DNA of 64,000 nucleotides from an uncultured Acidimicrobiia bacterium (GTDB lineage Bacteria > Acidobacteriota > Terriglobia > Versatilivoradales > Versatilivoraceae): positions 32,001 to 96,000 of the forward strand of contig CAWBAT010000007.1 in NCBI GenBank assembly GCA_963786955.1, given 5' to 3'. Below are positions 51,857-60,325 of the stretch, one piece after another (the stretch's first letter is position 1; each line of letters begins with the position of its first letter). A program made the translations under genes and the position numbers. The notes below the pieces were generated by a model. It was not told the DNA's origin. It saw only the letters and a program-made list of their open reading frames with translations, and searched no databases.

Positions 51857-53026
51857 ATGGGAAACTCTAATAAACCCCAGGGAAATTTTGGCAGAACTTC
51901 AAACAAGCCGGCGAGAACGTCCGGGACTCTGACGGACTCCCCGGCTGGATCGCCCCGTGCCAAGAAGGCGTTGCCTCTACTCATGGGTCCGAGCGGAGAG
52001 GGCTTGTCTCCGACTCAGGGCGACCTGGGACAAAACCAAGGGCCGACTCCTTCACATATTTTTGCACAGTTGACCGATCCGAATTTCCAAGAGAGTCTCC
52101 CGATTCTGGATGAAGTGATTGATGGATTGGATGATGCATTTGACAACGTCTGGTCGATTGATCCAGAAATTGACTCCAACCATGGGATTCACCTGACAGA
52201 ATGCGAAGCTTCGATCCAGGAGCTTTTTTGCCAGATTGCGGCAACCTATTCAGTTCCTCTTAAGAATTTTATTTTCACGCTTCAAAGCCATACCGCTACC
52301 AAAAACACCATTGAATTTTGTCGTCCGATTTTACACAGCATTCGTAGTGCGGCAGAATCCATTAACTTGAATAAAGCGGTCCATCGAATGGATCAATTCG
52401 ATGCTGCTCTCGCGGAGGGACAATCCGGCGCTAACCTTTTCATAAAGGACGAAGTTCGAAAGAAGATTCTTGATGCGTATGGGGCCTTAGCAGAAGTCTT
52501 GCCAGGAACATTTCAGTTTGGAGAAGAAAGCCGAAAGCGCGAAGACATCATCATCCATTCCTTGTTTCAGCAGATACCAGGTGTGGGGGAAAGGGCTTTC
52601 GAGAAGCTTTCCTGCTGCGGCTTAGGATCACTGCACATGCTGTTTTCGGCCAATCCGGAAGATTTAGCTGCCGCTACGGGAATTCAGCGAAACCTTTGTG
52701 TGAAGATCTGCAATAAGATTCAACAGTACTCTAAAGAAGCCGAGCAACGGGCGTGTGAAAGCAGCCAGTCTGGTTATCATTCTCGCTTGGTCGAACTCGC
52801 CAATAAATTGCAGAAGTTGGGCCAGGGCGAAAAAGCGGGAGTGACGTCCCGTTCCGCCTCAAACAAGTCTCGCCAAGGTCAGGCCCGACGCCAGCGTCGC
52901 AGCCAGATCCTTCTGGAAGTGAATATCATTCTGGCGGAATTAGGCGAACTGGAACTCATTCTTCGCATACAAAAGGCCTCTCCCAAAGAAAAGATCCAAA
53001 TCCTCAATCAGTCTCTGCCCGGCTAA
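51857..53026 (+). CDS. Hypothetical protein with helix-hairpin-helix motif
   Basis: QIPGVGERAFEKL..GL..L..L..A.PEDLAAATGI HhH-like segment; low-complexity N-terminus. Confidence 0.65.
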   Translation: MGNSNKPQGNFGRTSNKPARTSGTLTDSPAGSPRAKKALPLLMGPSGEGLSPTQGDLGQNQGPTPSHIFAQLTDPNFQESLPILDEVIDGLDDAFDNVWSIDPEIDSNHGIHLTECEASIQELFCQIAATYSVPLKNFIFTLQSHTATKNTIEFCRPILHSIRSAAESINLNKAVHRMDQFDAALAEGQSGANLFIKDEVRKKILDAYGALAEVLPGTFQFGEESRKREDIIIHSLFQQIPGVGERAFEKLSCCGLGSLHMLFSANPEDLAAATGIQRNLCVKICNKIQQYSKEAEQRACESSQSGYHSRLVELANKLQKLGQGEKAGVTSRSASNKSRQGQARRQRRSQILLEVNIILAELGELELILRIQKASPKEKIQILNQSLPG

Positions 53027-53222
53027 AACGGTTCAGCCAGACGCTTCCTACCGAAACCCAATTTTGAGTCATCAGTGGAATCTGCTGTACGGCAGATGTC
53101 ACCCTGCTCATGACTATCGCAATCATGGCCTCGTAAAGCTTGACCTTCCAATGCCAAACTAGCCAACGGGACGGCGGACTCCGCCGTTGGCGCTTAACAG
53201 CAGGTAGAAGAGCCCGAGGAGG

Positions 53223-53331
53223 CTAGCACTAAATTGCAAGAGTCCGTGTTGTAGCTGGCCCCGCTGGGGCCGGTCGGGGTCAACGTCCCCGGCTACAGCA
53301 ATTACCGCGAATCTATGCAACTTAGCACTAG
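53223..53331 (-). repeat. 109-bp MITE-like element, copy 2
   Basis: Ends CTAGCACTAAATTGCA ... TGCAACTTAGCACTAG; internal GTAGCTGGCCCC..GGGGCC / CGGGG..CCCCGGCTAC. Confidence 0.85.
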
Positions 53332-53536
53332 GCTATAGCCAGAATAATATATAGACACAGTGAGTAAGACGAATAGAATAGGCGATGAATTTGAGGTAAA
53401 TGTGGACCAACTCAATGGAGCTCATTGGCCTTTCAGACTTCAGCACCGCATTGCTTTGTAACAATACAATACATGAGATTCCGAAAACTTCTCGGGACTG
53501 GATATCAAGAGAGCGTCCACGATCATTAACTATTCA

Positions 53537-54328
53537 TTGGGAGAAATCGGCATGAACCCTATTTCATTCATTGTCATCTTTGCCAGTTGCATGTTGGCCG
53601 GAATGTTCCTTTTTCTTGAATTAGGCCGGCATATCGGCCTCCGGCAGAAGGCGAAGGATCCAGAAGGTGTGCGCCAAGGACTTGGCGCCGTTGAAGGCGC
53701 GATATTCGGCTTATTGGGCTTGCTGATTGCATTTACCTTTTCTGGCGCCGCCGCACGATTCGACATGCGCAGGCAGCTCATTGTGGAGGAAGCGAATGCG
53801 ATTGGGACTGCCTACTTGCGGATCGACTTGCTTCCACCCGGAGCGCAGCCAGGATTGAGGGAGAGCTTCCGGCAGTATGTGGATGCTCGCCTTGCAGTCT
53901 ATCGAGCGCTACCGGACATCGCAGTGGCAAAGGCGGAACTCGTGAAAGCCACAGCACTCCAGGGGGAAATATGGAAACAAGCGGTTACCGCTTGTCAGCA
54001 GGTGAGTTCGCCAGCCACGATGACACTTGTTTTGACTGCGCTAAACGAGATGATCGACATTACGACCACGCGAACCGTTGCGCTTAAAACGCATCCGCCA
54101 CCGATTATCTTTGGGATGCTTGTCGGGCTGGCCCTGGCCAGTTCAATGTTGGCCGGCTATGGGATGTCTAGTGGGAAGTTGCGCAGCTGGCTTCACATTC
54201 TCGGGTTTACAGCGATGATGGCGATAACGCTGTATGTCATCTTCGACCTGGAATATCCAAGGTTTGGGTTTATCCGGATTGACGCTTTCGATCAAGTCCT
54301 CATAGAAGTTAGGAATAGCATGAAATGA
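53537..54328 (+). CDS. DUF4239 / bestrophin-like membrane protein
   Basis: GLLGLLIAFTFS.A..RF..R..EEANAIGTAYLR, DLEYPRFG. Confidence 0.8.
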   Translation: MGEIGMNPISFIVIFASCMLAGMFLFLELGRHIGLRQKAKDPEGVRQGLGAVEGAIFGLLGLLIAFTFSGAAARFDMRRQLIVEEANAIGTAYLRIDLLPPGAQPGLRESFRQYVDARLAVYRALPDIAVAKAELVKATALQGEIWKQAVTACQQVSSPATMTLVLTALNEMIDITTTRTVALKTHPPPIIFGMLVGLALASSMLAGYGMSSGKLRSWLHILGFTAMMAITLYVIFDLEYPRFGFIRIDAFDQVLIEVRNSMK

Positions 54329-54455
54329 ACTTAGTTGCTTTCTCGAGCTCAATGATTGAAGCGGTGAGCACAACATCGTATTAGGGTGTAATTCAAGATA
54401 GTGGGAAACATTTCGGTATCAGACAGCCCTGATTTCTTGTGCAGGAGCAATCCCT

Positions 54456-55133
54456 TTGAATCTGAACTTTGTTAAGCCCTACCGGTTCCGGATCTTACTT
54501 GGGATTTTGCTGATTTATTTTGCCGTTGTGCCATTTTTTGAGAAAAGGCTATTCACGGATCTCATGGCGACGGCCCTTTTGATTTTTGCCTTATCGGCGA
54601 TCAGTGATTCGAGAAGGCAATTGATCGCCGGTAGCTTGGTGGCGCTCTTCGCCATCGCCGCGATTTGGATGGTACGGTGGCTCCCAGGCATACAATTGAC
54701 CATCGCGGAAAATGCGCTGGATATCCTGTTCTTGGTCTGCGTCATCTTCGCCATCCTTGCCAATGTGTTTCGATCTCGTGAGATCACAACGGAGAGTCTT
54801 GCCGGCGCCATTTGTGCCTACTTGCTGATCGGGCTCTTATGGGCAGATGTCTTTTCCGTCCTCGAAACCATCCAGCCAGGTTCGTTTTCGAGTGTTGCCG
54901 TCGCCTCGGATGCAGCAACTACCGTTCAATCGGTCCGTCTTCAAGTTGACCAATTCTCTTACTTCAGCTTTGTGACCCTGAGCACACTCGGATATGGGGA
55001 TATCACTCCGCTAACCCGGCCGGCCAGAAACTTGGCGGCTTTGGAAGCCATCTTCGGTCAACTGTATTTGGCGGTTTTGATTGCGCGGTTGGTCAGTCAA
55101 CAAGGAGTTGCGAATTTAAGGAGCAGAGGCTGA
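54456..55133 (+). CDS. Potassium channel family protein (Ion_trans_2)
   Basis: YFSFVTLSTLGYGDITP selectivity filter. Confidence 0.88.
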   Translation: MNLNFVKPYRFRILLGILLIYFAVVPFFEKRLFTDLMATALLIFALSAISDSRRQLIAGSLVALFAIAAIWMVRWLPGIQLTIAENALDILFLVCVIFAILANVFRSREITTESLAGAICAYLLIGLLWADVFSVLETIQPGSFSSVAVASDAATTVQSVRLQVDQFSYFSFVTLSTLGYGDITPLTRPARNLAALEAIFGQLYLAVLIARLVSQQGVANLRSRG

Positions 55134-55202
55134 AACCGTCTCTATGGATTGTCGGCAAGGTCTTTGCTTAGTACTGCGTTTCAGAAATTCGATGACGTGA
55201 AC

Positions 55203-55225
55203 GCCGGGTCCGTGACCCAGCCTAC
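55203..55225 (-). repeat. Single GTAG REP
   Basis: GTAGGCTGGGTCACGGACCCGGC between convergent genes. Confidence 0.5.
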
Positions 55226-55253
55226 CATTTTAGGTTTGGGGTTTTCTTGAAGC

Positions 55254-56354
55254 CTAAATCTGTACGCCACGGTCTTGTTCCAAGCCGGCGGGCAGCTTCG
55301 GGAAATAAGCGCAAAAAGGTTCCTCAGCCAGATAATTTCCCGTCATGGCGTAAGCCCGTGCACGCGAGCCACTGCAGATTGTACGGTATTCGCAGTAGCC
55401 ACATTTGCCTTCAAGTTTGTCCGGGTTTCGTAAATCTTGGAATAAGGGAGAGTTTCGATAAACGTCAAGGAGCGAATCCTTACGGACATTTCCAGCCGAA
55501 ACGGGTAGGAAGCCACTCGGAAAGATTTCACCCGTGTGAGAAACAAAAACAAAGCCCCTTCCTTCATTCACCCCGGCTGCTCGTCCAATGGGGCCGGCCT
55601 GAGCGAGTTTTCGAGGGCGCTCGTGCGAAGGCATCTTTTTGAGCCGCTGCAGTAGGACCCGGCGATAATGGGGAGCAGCAGTGGTTTTGATATCAAAAGG
55701 GGCTTTCAAATAGCGATCTGCCAGGAACTGAAACACGGCTTCGTAATCGACTGCCGTGACTTCATCTTCGACTTTCCCACGTCCCATGGGGACGAGAAAA
55801 AAGACGCTCCACAAACTGATTTGTTTCTGCTCCAACAAGTCTGCCAGGCGCTCGAGATCGGTGAGATTATGTCGGGAAACGGTCGTGTTGATCTGAACTT
55901 CGAGACCCACCTCACGCGCATATTCGATGCAGTTCATGGTCCACTGATAAGACCCCGGAACTTGACGGAAATGGTCGTGGACTTCGGCGGAGGAGCCGTC
56001 AAGACTCACAGCCAGGCGCGCAAGGCCGGCACCCTTAAGCTGCTCGACGACACTCCGGGTCATCAAGGGAGTTCCGCTAGGGGTCATCGCCACTCGCAGC
56101 TTCTTGCTGACGGCATAAGGAATGATCTCGAATAGATCCTGACGTTTCATGGGGTCCCCGCCAGTCAGGACAAAGAGGGGATTTCCGCAGGCACACACCT
56201 GATCGATCAGCCGAAGACTTTCTTCAGTATTCAGTTCAAGAGGATGACGCCAATTGATGGCTTCTGCCCGGCAATGCAGACAAGCCAAGTCACAGGCCCG
56301 AGTGGTTTCCCAAATCGCGATGAACGGGTTTTGGTCGAAATCTGGTCGCATCAC
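55254..56354 (-). CDS. Radical SAM/SPASM protein (TIGR04053-like, AhbC/D/NirJ-related); start GTG 56354 or ATG 56351
   Basis: WETTRACDLACLHCRA, TGGDP, SLDG, PSGFLP, CGYCEY..CSGSRARAYA..G.YL..EPFC. Confidence 0.88.
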   Translation of the reverse strand: MMRPDFDQNPFIAIWETTRACDLACLHCRAEAINWRHPLELNTEESLRLIDQVCACGNPLFVLTGGDPMKRQDLFEIIPYAVSKKLRVAMTPSGTPLMTRSVVEQLKGAGLARLAVSLDGSSAEVHDHFRQVPGSYQWTMNCIEYAREVGLEVQINTTVSRHNLTDLERLADLLEQKQISLWSVFFLVPMGRGKVEDEVTAVDYEAVFQFLADRYLKAPFDIKTTAAPHYRRVLLQRLKKMPSHERPRKLAQAGPIGRAAGVNEGRGFVFVSHTGEIFPSGFLPVSAGNVRKDSLLDVYRNSPLFQDLRNPDKLEGKCGYCEYRTICSGSRARAYAMTGNYLAEEPFCAYFPKLPAGLEQDRGVQI

Positions 56355-56388
56355 GTTAATCAATGTATTGGGAAATTCAACAGGTGGC

Positions 56389-56404
56389 TATGACAAAAGT
56401 CACA
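56389..56404 (-). promoter_or_regulatory. Crp/HcpR-type operator upstream of the radical SAM gene
   Basis: TGTGACTTTTGTCATA, with a TACATT -10 at 56367-56362 at class II spacing. Confidence 0.7.
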
Positions 56405-57112
56405 CTACTCCACCTCGGCTTCAGCTTTCAGCCGGTCCATGTCGAGTACGGTGACCGTCCGACTCTTGACCGTTAACAGACCCTGCTCCTGGAAGCGGCT
56501 GAAGGATCGGGAAACCAGTTCTCTCACCGTTCCGATCCGGGAGGCGATGTCCTGATGGCTCATATCCACCTGGACTTCGATTCCGTTGGCTGCGGACTTT
56601 CCTTCCAGAGTGATCCTTTCAACGAGAAATCTCGCCAGCCTCTGCCCGACTTCCAGGAAGGCCAGGATCTCCACCAGGCCAACGAGTTTTCGGAACCGCC
56701 CCGCAAGCGATCGAATGATCCGGAAAGCGATGTCGGGATGATGGCGACAAAGGCGATGAAACTCGGCCTTGGGAATCATGAAGAGAACCGTGTCTTCAAC
56801 GGCTGCTGCGGAAGCAGGGTAGGGCCCTTCGTCCAGCACCGCCAGTTCAGCCACCGGACGCCCCGGCGCCTCGATCCCCAGAATTTGCTCACGGCCGGCA
56901 GGGGACATCTTGAAGATCTTTACGGCACCGGAGTGAACGATAAACAAACCTGGGCAAGGGCCGCCTTCCAAGAAAATCAGCTCCCCTTTGTTGAAAGGGA
57001 GCGTCAGGGAACTTTCTGCCAGGGCTTGGAGAGCCTCTTCCTCAAGATCAGAAAAAAAGGGGACTTTTTTGAGGCTGGCAACACGGGTGGGTTTATCAAT
57101 GTGATTATGCAT
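56405..57112 (-). CDS. Crp/Fnr family regulator (HcpR/DNR-like, no Fnr Cys cluster)
   Basis: cNMP-like domain SGAVKIFK..GREQIL, HTH SHQDIASRIGTVRELVSR. Confidence 0.92.
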   Translation of the reverse strand: MHNHIDKPTRVASLKKVPFFSDLEEEALQALAESSLTLPFNKGELIFLEGGPCPGLFIVHSGAVKIFKMSPAGREQILGIEAPGRPVAELAVLDEGPYPASAAAVEDTVLFMIPKAEFHRLCRHHPDIAFRIIRSLAGRFRKLVGLVEILAFLEVGQRLARFLVERITLEGKSAANGIEVQVDMSHQDIASRIGTVRELVSRSFSRFQEQGLLTVKSRTVTVLDMDRLKAEAEVE

Positions 57113-57169
57113 AAGCTGGATTCTAACCCAACCCTAATCGTTCGTGACAACTGATATCTTTCTTGCCCT

Positions 57170-57185
57170 TGTGACTAAAGTCATA
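57170..57185 (+). promoter_or_regulatory. Crp/HcpR-type operator upstream of ric
   Basis: TGTGACTAAAGTCATA, with a TAATCT -10 at 57207-57212 at class II spacing. Confidence 0.7.
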
Positions 57186-57237
57186 GCGACCCAGTCCACC
57201 TACCATTAATCTTCAATTGAATAAAGGAGGTTCGATC

Positions 57238-57969
57238 ATGGCCATAAGCGCGACCAGGAAAGTTGGCGAACTCGCCATCGAGATCCCTCGAGCGATTCCA
57301 CTTTTTGAAGGCTTGGGAATTGACTATTGCTGCGGTGGAAATCGGTCTCTGGAAGAGGCCTGCTTGTCAGCCGGTGTGAAGACGGAGCAGGTCATCAATA
57401 CCCTGGAGGATGCTATTGCTGCAACCGCCCTCGGGAAATCTCCCCAAGACTGGAATGTGGAACCCCTATCAGCACTCACATCTCATATTGTGAATCGACA
57501 TCACAGCTATGTCCGAACAGAGCTTGCCCGCCTCGGGCCGCTACTTGAGAAAGTTTGTTCTGCTCACGGCCAGAATCATTCTGAGTTATTTACAGTTCAG
57601 GGGTTCTTTAATGGTCTCAGCCAGGAAATGGTCATGCATATGTATAAGGAAGAAAATATTCTCTTCCCTTATATTGAACAAATGGAGGCTGCCGTTAACG
57701 GCCGGAGGCCCCAGCCTTACCCTCCCTTTGGAACAGTTCGAAATCCTATCCAGATGATGGAAACGGAGCATGAAAGTGCTGCCGTGGCACTCCGGGGCAT
57801 GAGAAAAGCCAGTGACAATTTTTCAGTGCCAGCGGATGGATGCACCAGCTTCCGGGCCTTGTATCAAGGGCTGATCGATTTTGAAAAGGATCTGCACCTG
57901 CATATTCACCTCGAAAACAATATCCTTTTTCCGCGCGCCAGTGTGATGGAAGCCGGAGTATCAAACTAG
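57238..57969 (+). CDS. ric: Iron-sulfur cluster repair di-iron protein (Ric/YtfE/ScdA)
   Basis: IDYCCGG, HHSYVR, HMYKEENILFP, EHE, HIHLENNILFP; ATG 57238 after AAGGAGG. Confidence 0.93.
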   Translation: MAISATRKVGELAIEIPRAIPLFEGLGIDYCCGGNRSLEEACLSAGVKTEQVINTLEDAIAATALGKSPQDWNVEPLSALTSHIVNRHHSYVRTELARLGPLLEKVCSAHGQNHSELFTVQGFFNGLSQEMVMHMYKEENILFPYIEQMEAAVNGRRPQPYPPFGTVRNPIQMMETEHESAAVALRGMRKASDNFSVPADGCTSFRALYQGLIDFEKDLHLHIHLENNILFPRASVMEAGVSN

Positions 57970-57985
57970 GGGGATAATCCGTTCC

Positions 57986-59773
57986 ATGAGTCTCCAAGCG
58001 AATCTTTCTATACGTGAACTGCTGGCCAAGCATCCTCAAACCCGTTCGGTCTTTGATCGTTACGGATTGAAAGGGTGTGGCGGGGCAGAAGGGCCGGCTG
58101 AATCCTTGGGGTTCTTCGCGCGTGCCCATGGCATTGAGCTTGATGTTCTGTTAATGGAACTCGTACAAGCAATGGAGAATCCCGAATCTATCCCGCCCGA
58201 TGAAAATGCCGACCCGGCCGATTCGATTTATCGGCGCTTTTTTAAGGCAGGGATCATCATGACCCTCACAGCTGGGGCGGCATGGGGAGCCTTGTTGTTG
58301 ATTAAGATTGGGTTTAAGTCCAGCTTCACGGCCATCTCGATCTTTGACGTCAACGCACATGGCCACGCGCAAATCTTTGGATGGGTTGGTTTGTTTGTGA
58401 TGGGGTTTGCCTACCAGGCCTTTCCACGGTTCAGACATACGGCGTTGTGGAATCCACCTCTCGCCGTATTCAGTTTTTACCTCATGATCTTCGGGTTGGT
58501 GGTGCGGGTTTTTTCGGAGCCTCTCCACCAGACCACGCTATTCTTCTGGCTGGGCTTGTTGGGAGGGGCACTGGAGATAGCGGCAATTCTCCTCTTCGCG
58601 GTCATTATTCTCAGGACGGTTCAACAAAGCCAAAAGCCCCTCGTGTCTTACGATTATTATATCGGGGCCGCCCTATTCTGGTATGTGGCTCAAGCCGCCT
58701 TGGACCTATTTCATCTCTACCAAACCACCTTGGCGCCCAATCGGGAAGCTTTGTTGAGCCAGGTTGCTACGTGGCAAGCGCCTTTGCGAGATATTCAAAT
58801 CCATGGATTTGCCATGACCATGATTTTGGGTGTTAGCCAAAGATTTTTGCCTGGGATGTTAGGATTCCCGGAAATACCCAAACGTCGTTCGCTCGCTAGC
58901 TTGGCTGCGATTTCCCTTGGAGTAGCTGGAGAAACTGTCTTTTTCATCATCTTTCGGAAAACGGGGCAGCATCTCTATGCGGGAGTGATGTATGGGTTCA
59001 TGTTGTTAATGGTGGCAGGGGTGGTTGGACTGACTTCCGCCTGGTGGACATCTCTCTGGGGAAAGCTTGACTCGATTCCTGCGGAGATCCGAGAAGACCG
59101 CCGAGATCGCAGTTTCAAATTCATTCGAACCGCTTATGGCTGGCTCTATGTTTCCCTTGCCTTGCTGCTTTTTGTCCCCTTCTACAATATTCTTACCCGT
59201 CAGGTGTTTTCACATGCTTACTACGGAGCAACGCGGCATGCGATCACCGTAGGATTCATCAGTCTGATGATCATGGGGGTCACTGCCAAGGTCGTCCCCG
59301 TATTGAATGGGGTTGATTCCAAAAATCTTTCCAAACTCTGGCTCCCGTTTATTTTGGTCAATACCGGATGTAGTTTGCGAGTAGGCGTTCAGATTTTGAC
59401 CGACCACGTTTCAGGAGCCTTCGCCGTGATTGGTCTCAGTGGCGTCCTGGAAGTTGCGGGAATTGCCATTTGGGCTGGCGGAATATGGAGAGTTATGCGA
59501 TCCAGTATCGAGGCCTTCGAGCTGCGTCAGGAAAACTTGCTGAAGTCAGGATCTGTGACGCCACTCGATAAGGTGGGGGATGTCGTCATCGCGGCCCCGG
59601 AGCTTATAGAGGTCTTCGTTCGCTTTGGCTTCAAGGCAATCCGGAATCCAGTGCTTCGACGAACCATCGCTCGCCAAACCTCCATCCGGCAGGCTTGCAA
59701 ACTGCAAGGAATCAACGAAGCGGAGTTGCTCCAGGCCCTCAATTCAACTTTAAAGCCTAATCCAGCTTCATAG
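57986..59773 (+). CDS. NnrS-like multi-pass membrane protein with small N- and C-terminal DUF1858/ScdA_N-like domains
   Basis: HGHAQIFGWVGLFVMGF, HAITVGFI; N-terminal HPQTRSVFDRYGL..CGG and C-terminal VFVRFGF..NPVLRRT..SIRQAC. Confidence 0.7.
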   Translation: MSLQANLSIRELLAKHPQTRSVFDRYGLKGCGGAEGPAESLGFFARAHGIELDVLLMELVQAMENPESIPPDENADPADSIYRRFFKAGIIMTLTAGAAWGALLLIKIGFKSSFTAISIFDVNAHGHAQIFGWVGLFVMGFAYQAFPRFRHTALWNPPLAVFSFYLMIFGLVVRVFSEPLHQTTLFFWLGLLGGALEIAAILLFAVIILRTVQQSQKPLVSYDYYIGAALFWYVAQAALDLFHLYQTTLAPNREALLSQVATWQAPLRDIQIHGFAMTMILGVSQRFLPGMLGFPEIPKRRSLASLAAISLGVAGETVFFIIFRKTGQHLYAGVMYGFMLLMVAGVVGLTSAWWTSLWGKLDSIPAEIREDRRDRSFKFIRTAYGWLYVSLALLLFVPFYNILTRQVFSHAYYGATRHAITVGFISLMIMGVTAKVVPVLNGVDSKNLSKLWLPFILVNTGCSLRVGVQILTDHVSGAFAVIGLSGVLEVAGIAIWAGGIWRVMRSSIEAFELRQENLLKSGSVTPLDKVGDVVIAAPELIEVFVRFGFKAIRNPVLRRTIARQTSIRQACKLQGINEAELLQALNSTLKPNPAS

Positions 59774-59973
59774 TACTCGGCCCAGGATCTGGTTGTTTGC
59801 CGACATGGCGAAACTCATTGTTATTAAGCCTCCCGATTCTATTTGTTTTCGCTTGCCGTTTTCTGTGCTCCGTAGAACATCCCTGTAAACCGGTTGCTCC
59901 TATGACGGAGTCAGGATTCCTGTTGAATCTTTGGTTCTAGAAACAGGCTGCTGCGATGCGGCTTTGCCAGAGT

Positions 59974-60098
59974 GTAGCGCGGACCCGGAGTCCCCCTTCG
60001 AAGGGGGGTGCCGCTTTGCGGCAGGGGATGTAAAGGGTCCGCGGCTTGTCCTCTCATTTTAGGAAAAGCCGCAGAGTCAGAGTGCGACTCTACGCTAC
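59974..60098. repeat. REPIN of the RAYT-associated family with a DUF559-type palindrome inserted in the first REP loop
   Basis: GTAGCGCGGACCC-[insert]-GGGTCCGCGGC (59974-60045) plus inverted GCCGCAGAGTC..GACTCTACGCTAC (60068-60098). Confidence 0.8.
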
Positions 60099-60208
60099 CT
60101 CCCGCCCATTCAATTCCCTTATGCCTCCGTCAGGAGCCTCCTGTTGGAGTCTCCAAGCACCCGGCATTCCAGCGCCAGGAAAATTGATTGCGTAAAAACC
60201 AGAAACCT

Positions 60209-60271
60209 TTTGACTTTGGACCTTGAACGTTAGACTTTAGGCCTTAAGTCTTAGACCTTTAATTTTTGACC
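60209..60271. repeat. Degenerate heptamer tandem array (9 units)
   Basis: TTTGACT TTGGACC TTGAACG TTAGACT TTAGGCC TTAAGTC TTAGACC TTTAATT TTTGACC. Confidence 0.7.
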
Positions 60272-60325
60272 TCAGAATTATTCGGTTTTCGCTCTCAAAT
60301 CTTCTTTAATCATGAGGAATTTGCT

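Noticed and set aside
53321-53331. CIRCE (HrcA) half-site TTAGCACT
   Set aside because: No partner half-site at 9-bp spacing; it is the TIR of the 109-bp element
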